From a virus (taxonomy: Duplodnaviria; Caudoviricetes), in IMG/VR virus record IMGVR_UViG_3300037047_000216, positions 1 to 64,000 of that record: a DNA stretch of 64,000 nucleotides; one strand, 5' to 3'. A program made the translations under genes and the position numbers. Shown here piece after piece: positions 1 to 9,931 of the stretch. The notes under the pieces are model-generated. The model had not been told where the DNA came from. It worked only from the letters and a program-made list of their open reading frames with translations, and did no database searches. How positions within the stretch are numbered: the first letter of the stretch is position 1; the number at the start of each line of letters is the position of its first letter.

Positions 1-2
1 AG

Positions 3-185
3 GTCCTGGCTGCTGTTCATGACAGCACGCTAGAGGGGATGACGTTCGAGGGCGTGGTGTGTAAAGGTGCTTTCGACCGCAAAACGGGTCGCCCCTTGAT
101 GTTCAAAGTGAAGTCTCAGGCATGGCTCGGTCGTCTGCGTGACTTTTGCAAGGGTGACGAAAGACTGTTCGAGATGCTGGCGTAG
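3..185 (+). CDS. C-terminal part of an RNA ligase-like nucleotidyltransferase (runs off window start)
   Basis: Frame reads ...MTFEGVVCKG...LMFKVKSQAW...EMLA*; EGVV and MFKVK resemble ligase motifs IV and V; the TAG stop lies inside tRNA-Thr. Confidence 0.55.
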   Translation, partial: VLAAVHDSTLEGMTFEGVVCKGAFDRKTGRPLMFKVKSQAWLGRLRDFCKGDERLFEMLA

Positions 186-253
186 CTCAGTTGGTTAGAG
201 CATCGGATTCGTAACCCGAAGGTCGGGGGTTCAACTCCCCCCGCCAGCTTCCA
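176..253 (+). tRNA. tRNA-Thr(CGT)
   Basis: GCTGGCG/CGCCAGC acceptor, loop TT-CGT-AA, T arm. Confidence 0.9.
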
Positions 254-289
254 CAGAACATGGGTATCATCCAAAGACGGAGGACTCCC

Positions 290-511
290 ATGACATACCG
301 AGAGCATTTGAGAGACAACCTGCGGGGAGCCTATGGCACCGCCATCTACGGTTTCAGGCGTGCTTTGATGCAGATCGTGCATGGTGTGTTGCCCTTATGC
401 CTGCATGATCTCAACGCCAAGTACGCTTGGCCATCAGAGGATTGTCCCGACTGTGGGGCAGAGCTTTTGATCCGGGGTGGGAAGCTGGTGTTTCTCAAAC
501 ATCGGTGCTGA
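290..511 (+). CDS. hypothetical protein with CPDC motif
   Basis: GGAGG SD before ATG 290. Confidence 0.5.
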   Translation: MTYREHLRDNLRGAYGTAIYGFRRALMQIVHGVLPLCLHDLNAKYAWPSEDCPDCGAELLIRGGKLVFLKHRC

Positions 512-593
512 GGGGGAGTGGCGTAATCGGTAGCCGCACGGGACTTAAAATCCCGGGTCTGTTGACGTACGGGTTCGAGTCCCGTCTCCCCTA
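512..593 (+). tRNA. tRNA-Leu(TAA)
   Basis: loop CT-TAA-AA, long variable arm. Confidence 0.9.
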
Positions 594-600
594 CAAAAAT

Positions 601-673
<73 letters not shown>

Positions 674-682
674 TCCTTTATC

Positions 683-710
683 GGGATCATTTCTCCCCTC
701 CTCAGAGTAG
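683..710 (+). promoter_or_regulatory. phage promoter motif
   Basis: GGGATCATT-N13-GAGTAG upstream of ORF 744. Confidence 0.75.
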
Positions 711-743
711 TCCTTCTAGGAACGGTTAGAAAGGACACTCCCA

Positions 744-1565
744 ATGGCGCACAAGTTGATTTTCGGGTACGTCTACGCCCCGCACGAGTCCATCTTCAAG
801 ATTCCGGCGAACGAGAAGGCGAAGGCTTTCTCTGTCTACTGCGAGGCGTCCGAGCGGTGCTACTGGTACGCCCAGGGCGCCTGTATCTGTCAGGTCGCTT
901 TCTCGGGCGGATGCCCGCACGGCTACCAGCGCCGGGAGGAGGGGTTCACCCGCAAGGCCCGAGGCTACGGCGACTGGGTTCGTAAGCAGCGGGAGGCGCT
1001 GGCGGGAGTGAAGGGCGCCAACAGCCCAGCTTCGATGCTGGCGGTGGTGGGGGACTACGTTCACCTGCCCTACAGCCACATGACGATGAACACGGCGGTT
1101 CCGTTCCTCCGCCATGACGCCCCGTTCCGGTCGGGATGCTCTTTCATCCGGAAAGAGCAGTTCACGCTGGACGTGGTGCTCTCCATCCTGGATTTCGTGC
1201 CCCGGAACATCTGGGGCGAGAAGATCCCCTCCTACCAGAAGGAGGAGGTTCCGAAGTTCGTGGCGCATCTGGCCACGCAGATGCCGGAGATGTACGAGGC
1301 GCTGTTGGCTGCCCGTCCCGCGCTGCGGGGGCGACTGTCGAACGTGGGTCGCAAGGCTCTGCTCCGCACCCTGGCGCCGAACGTGGGGACGTTCGAGGAT
1401 TCGGGCAACTGGACTTGGGACGGTACCTACCTTACCTCGACGGATGCCAAGATGTGGGTGGGTGGCACCAGGGTCCTCGTGATCCGGGTGGTGCCGGACC
1501 CGGAGAGCGTGGTCAAGGTGAAGGACGACGCACAGGTGACGCCGGAGACGGTGTTTCTCTCGTAG
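744..1565 (+). CDS. hypothetical protein
   Basis: 273 aa ORF, AAGGA SD, follows promoter motif. Confidence 0.75.
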   Translation: MAHKLIFGYVYAPHESIFKIPANEKAKAFSVYCEASERCYWYAQGACICQVAFSGGCPHGYQRREEGFTRKARGYGDWVRKQREALAGVKGANSPASMLAVVGDYVHLPYSHMTMNTAVPFLRHDAPFRSGCSFIRKEQFTLDVVLSILDFVPRNIWGEKIPSYQKEEVPKFVAHLATQMPEMYEALLAARPALRGRLSNVGRKALLRTLAPNVGTFEDSGNWTWDGTYLTSTDAKMWVGGTRVLVIRVVPDPESVVKVKDDAQVTPETVFLS

Positions 1566-1573
1566 GATGAGGT

Positions 1574-1837
1574 GTGATTACCATGCGACTGCGTGACGAA
1601 CTGGCGGCCCTTAGCGAGGGACGGGAAGTCCCCCTCCCCGTGCGGGAGGCCATTGTGGAGTATCTGCAGGTGCTGGCTCGTGGCGTGCCCTCTCGAAGCG
1701 TCAAGATCCCCGCGGAACTCATCCAGCGACTCCAGGTGGCGCACAAGGCAGATGCCAGCGATCTCTGGAAGTGGCTCAAGGATGAGGGCCTCAGTTGCAC
1801 CGGGTGTTCGGATGGGGGTCTCTTGGTGGTGTGGTAA
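1574..1837 (+). CDS. hypothetical protein
   Basis: GAGGTG SD, coupled to previous ORF. Confidence 0.55.
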   Translation: MITMRLRDELAALSEGREVPLPVREAIVEYLQVLARGVPSRSVKIPAELIQRLQVAHKADASDLWKWLKDEGLSCTGCSDGGLLVVW

Positions 1838-1966
1838 GGTTTGGTTGAATCCTGTTGCTGAAAAACCTTCAGCATGGTACTCTTATCCTAGCTCGCCTGC
1901 CACGTGTAGGAGGAGTATCGGGGGGGCGCCCCAGGCCGGGAACGGAGCAAGACGCCTTCCCAGTCC

Positions 1967-2039
1967 GCTGCTATAGCTCAGATGGTAGAGCAGCGCGATG
2001 GTAGTGCGCAGGTCCCCGGTTCAATTCCGGGTAGCAGCT
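1967..2039 (+). tRNA. tRNA-Thr(GGT)
   Basis: GCTGCTA/TAGCAGC acceptor, loop AT-GGT-AG. Confidence 0.9.
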
Positions 2040-2250
2040 CGATGCCCCGTAACACGGGCAAGGGATCTGCCAGGGGACGGATCCAGCGATTCAGGCTCAT
2101 AGGTGTTCGGCGTTGGAAGAACAAATCCGGTCAAGTTCGGTTCTGACGAGGGACACTGGCACCCTGTATGCGCCCAAAGTGCCCAAGGCCGGTCACGAGG
2201 CACATCCCCCTTTTTCCTCTCCCTGAATCAGTTTCGGTTTGTCCTATGTG

Positions 2251-3114
2251 TCATTCCTCTGGATCCCCACTGAGGATGGAGGAAACCGAAACCTCCAACA
2301 CGGCGGCGATTTTTTCTGCCTCCTTCCGAGTTGGCCAAGCTACAAACTGTTCGAACTTGTGAATCCGACGGGCACTCATTCCGACCGTTTTTGCCAGTTT
2401 GTCCCTTGAGAGAGTTTTCCGATACCGAGCATGGCAGAGGGTATGATCAAAAGGAGCCGGTGGAGGCACCTCCGAAGGGCGAAGTGCGTCACTTAGAGGG
2501 ATGGCGCCGGGTTCTACCCGCAGTATGGTGCAAAGTGCTGCACGCTGCCTTTTGGGGACAGCGCCCGCTTTTTCCCACCGACAAATGGCTGAGACGGATA
2601 CCTTCATGAAGTCAGCTATCTGACGCTGTTTCAGGCCCAGTGCAATCCGACGTTCCCAGATAATGCTGGTGCCTTTCCCCCCTTTAGGTGGGACCTCTCG
2701 TTTCACAGGCAGTTTAATGTCCAGGATTCGATTGAGCTGCACAGCAAACTGGGCTGACGGAAGCCATTTGCCGTGTTCCCACTGACACACAGCGGAACGT
2801 TCTGCTCCGATTTCCCGTGCCAGTCGAGCCTGACTCCAGTGTTTTCGGAGACGCCCATGTCGAATGGGGTTGCCATTAAGCATTCTGGATGATTTCTGGA
2901 CACTCACATGGATCGGCACCCGAAGGCCGAGGGTCTCAAAGATCTTTTTGGCCAATGGCCGAGTCGGAAACCGACCATTTGGTCCTCTGCAACACCATCG
3001 CTGGATAGTACTCTCGGCAACCCCTAGCTTCTCAGCGGCAATCCGCTGAGACCATCCTCGGACACGAAGTGCTTTGCGGATCTCATCAGGAAACGACACA
3101 GATACCTCCTCCAA
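2251..3114 (-). CDS. transcription regulator with four tandem XRE/Cro HTH domains
   Basis: repeats R..RGWSQ..AAEKLGV, KHWSQARLAREIG, LGLKQRQIADFMKVS, KTLSRDKLAKTVGMS. Confidence 0.8.
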   Translation of the reverse strand: MEEVSVSFPDEIRKALRVRGWSQRIAAEKLGVAESTIQRWCCRGPNGRFPTRPLAKKIFETLGLRVPIHVSVQKSSRMLNGNPIRHGRLRKHWSQARLAREIGAERSAVCQWEHGKWLPSAQFAVQLNRILDIKLPVKREVPPKGGKGTSIIWERRIALGLKQRQIADFMKVSVSAICRWEKAGAVPKRQRAALCTILRVEPGAIPLSDALRPSEVPPPAPFDHTLCHARYRKTLSRDKLAKTVGMSARRIHKFEQFVAWPTRKEAEKIAAVLEVSVSSILSGDPEE

Positions 3115-3160
3115 GCCTCCGGAGGGATCTACTCGTTTCGGATATGTTTTGGTACCGAAC

Positions 3161-3239
3161 GACCCTATCGTCTAGTCTGGCCTAGGACACCGGATTCTCA
3201 ATCCGGGAACGCCGGGTTCAAATCCCGCTAGGGTCGCCA
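3161..3239 (+). tRNA. tRNA-Glu(CTC)
   Basis: loop TT-CTC-AA, encoded CCA. Confidence 0.92.
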
Positions 3240-3243
3240 TTTT

Positions 3244-3334
3244 GGAAAAGCGCCGGAGATTGGCCTGAGCCGGGCTCGCCTCGAAAGCGAGTGTCCTGAA
3301 ACATGGACTGAGGGTTCGATTCCCTCCTTTTCCG
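3244..3334 (+). tRNA. tRNA-Ser(CGA)
   Basis: loop CT-CGA-AA, long variable arm, G73. Confidence 0.9.
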
Positions 3335-3335
3335 C

Positions 3336-4292
3336 TCACTCAAAAATCTTGGTTCTGACGACCAACGAAGGAAGGACCTCCTCCAAACGGTTGGTGCGGG
3401 TGTCCAGTTCATTGGCCTTGTAGAACTTGGCCAATGCCAGGACGTGCTTGCAGGGTCCAACTCGTTTCCCGCTCTGAGCCCAGTCCGTACAAGTGCAGTG
3501 GTGCCCGCGGGGGACGAAGGTGACTCGGGAGTGATAGGTGCCTTCGCGCGAACTAAGCACTTCTCCCGTAACGCGGTTCTGTTGGTAATCCATCTGCAAG
3601 ATCTGGAGTTTGTCGGAACGGTCGAGACGGCGTTGTTCCGCCACCTGGATGAGAGCCTCGACTGCTTCCCGCTGGATTTCTAGCACACTGATCGCGGCAA
3701 GAAGATCGTTTACGAGGGCAATGTAGTTGGTGGCTGCTTTCCTCATGTCCATGTACGCTTTGCGACGAATTTTGGCCATGAAGTCCCGACGTCGTACACC
3801 ATAGTAGGCGTACGGATCCCGATCTAGAGAATCCTGATCGGAATACTCCGCGAGTTCCGCACGGAGGGTTTCGTCGAACAGCTTTGCGGCTCCTCTTTCG
3901 CCGCCCAGAACCTCCGTCAGGAGCCTCAGGAAACCAGTGCTGAAAAGTTTGCGCCACGCGGGTGTGTCTTGGTTTTCATCGTAGACGTCCTCGACGGCTT
4001 TCAGAAGATCCTTGGGGGGTTTCCCCAGTCCCTTGATTTCCTGGAGAAACTCCAACTCGTTGCCGTCGGTGTAGTCCCCAAACTCGTTCCTGATCGTGTC
4101 CCACTGCGGGGCTCTCGGGTAGTCAAACTCATCCGGCATGTTGCGGACGCCTCGAAAACCTTTCCGCTCAGTGTAGAGAACCTCAGCAACCGATTGGGCT
4201 CGTCCCTCTACATAGGCGGTTACAGCTTTCGTGAAAGCCTGATCCCGTTTCAGAGACTCGAACAGATTTTCGAGTAGTGTATTGTCTAGCAT
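3336..4292 (-). CDS. SWIM zinc-finger domain protein
   Basis: HCTCTDW...GPCKHVLAL (CxC..CxH). Confidence 0.75.
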   Translation of the reverse strand: MLDNTLLENLFESLKRDQAFTKAVTAYVEGRAQSVAEVLYTERKGFRGVRNMPDEFDYPRAPQWDTIRNEFGDYTDGNELEFLQEIKGLGKPPKDLLKAVEDVYDENQDTPAWRKLFSTGFLRLLTEVLGGERGAAKLFDETLRAELAEYSDQDSLDRDPYAYYGVRRRDFMAKIRRKAYMDMRKAATNYIALVNDLLAAISVLEIQREAVEALIQVAEQRRLDRSDKLQILQMDYQQNRVTGEVLSSREGTYHSRVTFVPRGHHCTCTDWAQSGKRVGPCKHVLALAKFYKANELDTRTNRLEEVLPSLVVRTKIFE

Positions 4293-4346
4293 AGAAAGTC
4301 CCCTCCCCTTTCATGAAGAATTGGGGTATAGGGACTGTAATGATAC

Positions 4347-4432
4347 GGAGGCGTGGCAGAGCCGGTCGATTGCACCAGTCTTGAAAACTGGAGGGTGTAA
4401 CAGCCCCGGGGGTTCGAATCCCTCCGCCTCCG
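4347..4432 (+). tRNA. tRNA-Ser(TGA)
   Basis: loop CT-TGA-AA, long variable arm. Confidence 0.92.
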
Positions 4433-4451
4433 CTACACAACCAAGACCTTT

Positions 4452-5390
4452 TCAGACACTCCAGGTCGTCCCTTCTCGGGCCATCTGTACCGTTCCCGTG
4501 TATCCCAAATCCAAGGCATACCTTTGAGCGTCCGCCTCCATCTCTCGGAGTTTGTCATCATCGTGTTTGGGATCATGATGATGGATGATCAGGAGTTTTG
4601 CTTTCACCCCCATTGCTTCCTCTACACAGGAACGGGGAGTCCCATGTCCAAACGTCTGGCATGCCCCTCGTAACTGTTCCTCGGTGTAGGCCCCATCCAT
4701 GATCAAAATGTCGACCCCAGCGGCCAACCTCTGCACGTTGGTGTTGAGGTATCTTAGCGGTTCCGTGTCCGTGCAGTACACCAGAGATTTCCCCTGGTAG
4801 TCAAAACGGACACCCAGGCAACCATCTGGATGGTTGACCGGGATGGTTGTCATTTTGAGCGCTTCGTCTGGTTTCAGGGGTGGCATGAGGCAACGCTGGT
4901 ACCCGGTGGGGGTACGGAGGTACCAGATGGTTTCACTGAACTGTCGATTGTAGCTGAAGTATCGACGGGTGGATGGGAGGTTCCCATGAGCCACGGGGAA
5001 ATGGGGGTTGCTCTGCTGGTGTGCCAGCATCATCTCCACCGCAGTTCGTGGCTGGGAATCATCCTCGAACCCAGAGGGACGAAATCCGTGGATGTCGAAA
5101 GAGTTGCCCCCAATGAAAAAGGGAACACAGAATGGAAGACCCTGGATGTGATCCCAGTGATAATGACTGAGCCAGACAAGATAACACTGCGGGGTTCTAT
5201 TCTGGGAAACCCACGTTTTCATCATGCTGTCACTGAGTACTGAGACGCCTGTGCCGCATCCGAGAAGGATCTTGAAGGGACCCACCTCCAAGTAATACGA
5301 GTTGGTGTTCCCCCCGAATTCAACGGTGGAGAAATCCTTACGGGATGGAGAGGGGAGTGATCCACGGGAGCCGAAGCATGTGACGTTCAT
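4452..5390 (-). CDS. metallo-beta-lactamase fold hydrolase
   Basis: SHYHWDHIQG (HxHxDH), NHPDG, TDTE, HHHDP; SD before ATG 5390. Confidence 0.85.
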   Translation of the reverse strand: MNVTCFGSRGSLPSPSRKDFSTVEFGGNTNSYYLEVGPFKILLGCGTGVSVLSDSMMKTWVSQNRTPQCYLVWLSHYHWDHIQGLPFCVPFFIGGNSFDIHGFRPSGFEDDSQPRTAVEMMLAHQQSNPHFPVAHGNLPSTRRYFSYNRQFSETIWYLRTPTGYQRCLMPPLKPDEALKMTTIPVNHPDGCLGVRFDYQGKSLVYCTDTEPLRYLNTNVQRLAAGVDILIMDGAYTEEQLRGACQTFGHGTPRSCVEEAMGVKAKLLIIHHHDPKHDDDKLREMEADAQRYALDLGYTGTVQMAREGTTWSV

Positions 5391-5446
5391 GAGCACCTCC
5401 GGAGGAGCAGCTTTGTCTCATGCTACCCAATCCGGAGATTTCTGGG

Positions 5447-5896
5447 CTAGAGGAGCGGCAAGTCTCCCGTGATGGCGTCGATTTTCTCAGCGTCGTCCGG
5501 GCCGATGGCGATGGCCGTTTTGGTCGGGATCCCGTGGAACTCGGTCGTTCCGACGTCCTCGATGATGGCGCAGGGCAGCCCGGCCGCCAGCGCCTTCTCG
5601 TAGCACTCTACCAAGACCGCCTCCGAGGGTGCTCCTACGACGATCTTGGTGAAGGTGCCGAAGACCCAACGGGACATGGGCTGATCGAGGAGGATGGTGA
5701 TCTGGGTCGGAAGCACCTGGAGATCTGGGAACTCGGGAAACCCCGCCAGCTTGGGCTGCTCCTGGATGCGGTCGAAGAACACCTTCATCGAGGCGTGCGC
5801 CCCCTGGGCGCACAGCTTCCCGGTACGGGGCTTGAACGTGCCCCCTTTCCCGTCCGGGTAGCGAGTCCTGATCACGATGACCTGCTTGATGGGCAT
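5447..5896 (-). CDS. pth2: peptidyl-tRNA hydrolase, Pth2 family
   Basis: KQVIVIR, GKLCAQGAHAS, KIVV, IEDVGTTEF, TAIAIGP. Confidence 0.9.
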   Translation of the reverse strand: MPIKQVIVIRTRYPDGKGGTFKPRTGKLCAQGAHASMKVFFDRIQEQPKLAGFPEFPDLQVLPTQITILLDQPMSRWVFGTFTKIVVGAPSEAVLVECYEKALAAGLPCAIIEDVGTTEFHGIPTKTAIAIGPDDAEKIDAITGDLPLL

Positions 5897-5899
5897 GTA

Positions 5900-6157
5900 C
5901 TACTCCGCGGCTTTCTCGGCTGCTTCTGCCAGCACCTGCCGTCTCTCTTCAACAGTCAGCGTGACGGGCTCGCGCGTGTCGACGCGCGTACATGACAGCG
6001 GGGATAAGACGACGGCGGACTGGACGCGGAGACCGACCGGATACTCCGCCTCGAACACAGCCTCGACCGTGATCCCATCCGCGTCCGGAGATGCCCGCTC
6101 GAAGGTGACGGTGATCAGGGTGCGCTTGTCGACGCTGCGGGTCTGGGTGGCTCTCAT
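5900..6157 (-). CDS. hypothetical protein
   Basis: in operon order between neighbours. Confidence 0.5.
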   Translation of the reverse strand: MRATQTRSVDKRTLITVTFERASPDADGITVEAVFEAEYPVGLRVQSAVVLSPLSCTRVDTREPVTLTVEERRQVLAEAAEKAAE

Positions 6158-6172
6158 GGGGGGTACTCCTTA

Positions 6173-6658
6173 TCACGCGGTCTGACGGACCCCGGTGACG
6201 GTCAGGGTCGACCCCTTCGCCTTCACGCTCTTCTCGACCGGCGTGCGAGGAAGGGTGGCGATGACCTCCTGCTGGAGGGTCTTCATCGTCTCCGCGACGC
6301 CTTCCTGGGCCGCCAGCTTCTTGGCCGCGTCCTCGTCCATCGTGATCGCCTCGGTCATGACCTCGCGCAGGAGGGCGAGGGCGGCGTCACGCTGGAAGCC
6401 CATGCGCTTGACGAGCAGGGCCAGTGTCGGCAGCAGCGGGATGCTGCACGTCGGGGCCTTGTCGGTGTCGTGGCCGATCGACAGTTCGTCGATCTTCAGC
6501 GTGACGTCGATCTCGATGCCGTGCATCTTCTGATCGCTCGCCACCTTCGCGCGGAGGCTCTCCTTGCCCAGGGCCGCCTTGACCGCGTCCTTCATCCCGG
6601 CTTCCAGGGCCAGTGCCATCTCGGGGGTCAGCGTGATCGCCATCTTCGTGTCCGCCAT
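6173..6658 (-). CDS. hypothetical protein
   Basis: GC-rich ORF downstream of promoter motif 6705. Confidence 0.65.
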   Translation of the reverse strand: MADTKMAITLTPEMALALEAGMKDAVKAALGKESLRAKVASDQKMHGIEIDVTLKIDELSIGHDTDKAPTCSIPLLPTLALLVKRMGFQRDAALALLREVMTEAITMDEDAAKKLAAQEGVAETMKTLQQEVIATLPRTPVEKSVKAKGSTLTVTGVRQTA

Positions 6659-6704
6659 TTTCCAGGATCCTTTCGCTTTCGTTTCCGTCCCCTCTACACC
6701 CACC

Positions 6705-6732
6705 CTACTCAGATCCCGCAGCGGATGATCCC
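6705..6732 (-). promoter_or_regulatory. phage promoter motif
   Basis: GGGATCATC-N13-GAGTAG. Confidence 0.75.
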
Positions 6733-6740
6733 GAGGGGGA

Positions 6741-7007
6741 TCATTTTCGACGCAAAAATGAAAATGGACCCTCCGGTTCGGGATTTGACGCTGGTGGGGT
6801 TTCCGGCGGCAATCCGATCCCGGGGAAGTTGAAGTCCCCCTGCCGGATCGCCTCCAACTCAGCTTGGACGGCTTTTTCGTAGTCCGGGTGCTGGCGTTCT
6901 GCGTGGTCGCAGGTACTGCAAATCAGGTCGGTGTTGAAACGACTCATCGTATGGACGAGTGTCCTGTTCCCGCACTGCTGACAAAACCCGTTCCAGTTTT
7001 CAGGCAT
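6741..7007 (-). CDS. small Zn-ribbon phage protein
   Basis: CQQC...MSRFNTDLICSTC...HPDY...NFPGIG. Confidence 0.65.
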   Translation of the reverse strand: MPENWNGFCQQCGNRTLVHTMSRFNTDLICSTCDHAERQHPDYEKAVQAELEAIRQGDFNFPGIGLPPETPPASNPEPEGPFSFLRRK

Positions 7008-7037
7008 TCGACGGGCGGCTCGCATAGGTCTAGCTCC

Positions 7038-9827
7038 TTACTTGGCGATCCGTTTCCCCTTGTGCCGGGCACGGATATCCACCAACTCGTTAAGCTTGGC
7101 GACGAGCAACCGGGGGAAACCCTCCGCCGTCGGTGACCAGACCGAGTCATGGAAGAGGGTTGTGATGTACCGGGTGCCTGCACCAATGCCAACCCCTATG
7201 ATGTGGATTCCGGCCTCTTTTCCAAGTCGAATCTGCCGTCGCACCACACCTTCATGTCCGTGGTCGGGGCGGCCGTCGGTCACCACGAATAGGAACCTGT
7301 GGGTTTCATTTCGTGCGCTCAAAGCCAGAAGCGCGAACTGGATCCCGTCGGACATCGGGGTGCCTCCCCGCTGTCGGGTGTTGGCAAAGCGCCACCGAAC
7401 AGCGTGGAACCGTTCGTTCCATCCCTTGAAGATCTCGTACATCACCGATTTGTTGCGGTGGTAGTGCCCGTGGTCGACTGCGGGGGCCTGACGAGCGGAC
7501 ACCTTTCCATCCCGGAATCCGAGGGCCAAAACGGCGGCACCGAGATTATCCAGCGGGTCAGTGATCGCCGTCAGGATTCTGGTGGACGTTTCCTTGTGGG
7601 CGACCATCGAACCGGACTCGTCGATGACAATCGCCGCCGCCATGGACATGTCGATTTGATCTCCCGCAACCCAATAAGGTCGGGACGGCGTTTCGTGTGC
7701 CCTGATCGACGTCAAAGTGTCAACCAGGAACCTGTTCGAGAGGTTCCTGCCCCGCGGGACACCATGCGCGACTCCCGTTTGCTCCAGGCTCCGCACCACC
7801 GTGCGCAATCTGGAACGAAGAAAAGCAATGTCACTCCGCACGGAGGAGATGATTGCATCCGCGGCCGCAGTGTCCCACGCTTGACCCCGGGCGGAAGGCT
7901 GAACGACCCGGATGACATCGTGCGTCTGGTCGTATGGATTCCAGAGGACCTCTCCCCATTGAGGAGGGTTCTGTTCTAGGTGCTCATTGAAGCTCTGCTG
8001 GAGCGCCGTGGCCGCATCAAGGATCCCCGAGTCATGGTCTCCCTGTTTGATGGCTTCGCCCGCGACCTGAGCCCAGTCATTGCCCTCGTGCGGCTGGTCA
8101 TCGTAGTAGTGCCCTCCCGCACCCCCTCCGGTGCTAGCACCCTCCGAGTCCTTTTCCGACCCTTGGGCATCGCCGTCGGATCTCTTGGAAGATCCCTGAC
8201 CGGAATTGGACCCCGCCCCTTTTTTGTCCCCCTCTTTGAGGGAAGATCCCTGGCCGTTGTCCGGCTGCCCCGTGCTGTCGAAAGGTTTCCGCCCACCCTT
8301 GCCGTTTTGGGGGGACTCCTCCGGGGGATCTGTGGTTCCCGCGCTGCCCTGTTTCCCGTTCTCCGGGTTTGCGGCGTCTTTTCCGTCCCCTGACGAGGCC
8401 CCTTTGCCCTCTGACTCGTTGGGTTTGGACCCCTGCTCACCCGTGCCCTCTGCGGAGTTCGAGCCCCTTTCAAGGGGGTCCTTTTTGTCCCCCTTCGCCC
8501 CGTTCGGGTCAGAGCAGGAGGAGTCCTTCTGACCCTCTGCGGATCCGGATCCTTTCCCCTCCTGGTCGGGCTTGGTCGTGCCCTCTTTTTGGTCCGGGTT
8601 TCCTGAGGACCCGGATCCATCCTGATCTTTCGGTTTCTCCCCCTCGGAAGCGTCGGTTTTTTGGTCCGATTTCCCAGCAGGGTCGGGGTTGCCCTTCTTG
8701 TCTTTGGGTGGGTTGTCGAAGCCCTCAAAGACGGGTGACTCTGACGGGTCTGATTTTTTGGACTCCGATTTGGGCTTCTGGGAGATGTCGATCTCCTCCT
8801 GATAGCCACAGACGGTGCAGGTTGCAATGCCTTTGCCTGGAATGGGTCCGCTCCAGCCACTGGCTTTGGGCCGGACTACGATCTTGTTGCCCGGGGCACC
8901 GCACGAGGGACAAACGGTTTTCCCGTCTCCCGCCCCGGAGGATTTGTTTTGCTGGTCCTGTTGATTTTTCCCCGCAAGCTGTATCAGTTTGATGAGCACG
9001 TCCATGGCTAGGCGTAGACAGGACACGTCCTCTTTGACCCCGAGTCCGATGGACTCTTTGAGATAGGGGGACAGGGGGCCATCCAGCACCAGTTCCACGG
9101 CATCCGCGTTGTGGCGGAGGTACTTTTGGATCGCATCACGGCCTTTGTCCGTGTTGTACCCCAGACCGAAATCGCGGAAGGATCGTTCGATAATGGAAAG
9201 GGTCTCGATTTTAGGAGCCTGAAGGTCGGCCTGCTCCTCCATCGTGAGGATGAAATCTTGCAGATCGCACAGCATCACGAATATGCCCTCGAACTGTTCA
9301 CGCCCCCGCCGTTCAATCCTGATGTCCTCAATCAGGTTTGACCAGTTCAGAAGTGCCTCTGTTAGCAGGGACCAGTCCGGCACCAGCGGCCAGCGGGGAA
9401 AAACGATCGACCAAACCTCTTTTAGGAGTAGATCCCTTCGGGCACTGTAGAGCGTGTGCAGGGCCTCGTGATAGGCTCCGCCCGTCAAAGCCAATGCAGT
9501 ACGGAGATGGAGTTTCTCCGGGGTGTTGGCGATGAGGATTTCGCGTTCACTTGGGGCTACTACGTGGGCATTGCAGGTACGTACCCACTGAGCAACATCC
9601 GTTCGCTGGGGTACACATTTGGGATTTCGGGACGCCCATTGACACATCTCCACGATGAGCCTGCGGACTGTCCACCGATCATGGTTTAGAAACAGGGAGC
9701 CTTTGGAGACGACACGGGGGGCGGCACTGCCCAGGATTCCGATAACTGCGGACTGGTAGGTGTCCCGGTATTTGGATCCCGTCAGGATGGTTTCTGTGCT
9801 GCGGCTATCCCCTAGGATCATCTGCAT
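7038..9827 (-). CDS. vWA (CobT-like) protein with long low-complexity linker
   Basis: C-terminal MIDAS IVIDESGSM, GGTP, VVTDG; about 300 aa G/S/D/K/P-rich middle. Confidence 0.8.
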   Translation of the reverse strand: MQMILGDSRSTETILTGSKYRDTYQSAVIGILGSAAPRVVSKGSLFLNHDRWTVRRLIVEMCQWASRNPKCVPQRTDVAQWVRTCNAHVVAPSEREILIANTPEKLHLRTALALTGGAYHEALHTLYSARRDLLLKEVWSIVFPRWPLVPDWSLLTEALLNWSNLIEDIRIERRGREQFEGIFVMLCDLQDFILTMEEQADLQAPKIETLSIIERSFRDFGLGYNTDKGRDAIQKYLRHNADAVELVLDGPLSPYLKESIGLGVKEDVSCLRLAMDVLIKLIQLAGKNQQDQQNKSSGAGDGKTVCPSCGAPGNKIVVRPKASGWSGPIPGKGIATCTVCGYQEEIDISQKPKSESKKSDPSESPVFEGFDNPPKDKKGNPDPAGKSDQKTDASEGEKPKDQDGSGSSGNPDQKEGTTKPDQEGKGSGSAEGQKDSSCSDPNGAKGDKKDPLERGSNSAEGTGEQGSKPNESEGKGASSGDGKDAANPENGKQGSAGTTDPPEESPQNGKGGRKPFDSTGQPDNGQGSSLKEGDKKGAGSNSGQGSSKRSDGDAQGSEKDSEGASTGGGAGGHYYDDQPHEGNDWAQVAGEAIKQGDHDSGILDAATALQQSFNEHLEQNPPQWGEVLWNPYDQTHDVIRVVQPSARGQAWDTAAADAIISSVRSDIAFLRSRLRTVVRSLEQTGVAHGVPRGRNLSNRFLVDTLTSIRAHETPSRPYWVAGDQIDMSMAAAIVIDESGSMVAHKETSTRILTAITDPLDNLGAAVLALGFRDGKVSARQAPAVDHGHYHRNKSVMYEIFKGWNERFHAVRWRFANTRQRGGTPMSDGIQFALLALSARNETHRFLFVVTDGRPDHGHEGVVRRQIRLGKEAGIHIIGVGIGAGTRYITTLFHDSVWSPTAEGFPRLLVAKLNELVDIRARHKGKRIAK

Positions 9828-9931
9828 GCGAATACCTCCACGACCTTCTACTCGAAACGGAAAAGCCTTCTCCCGAGGCGCAAAAAACTTCTATCGAGTA
9901 GAGAACGAGGAAACTGGGAGGGTTCCGCGGG

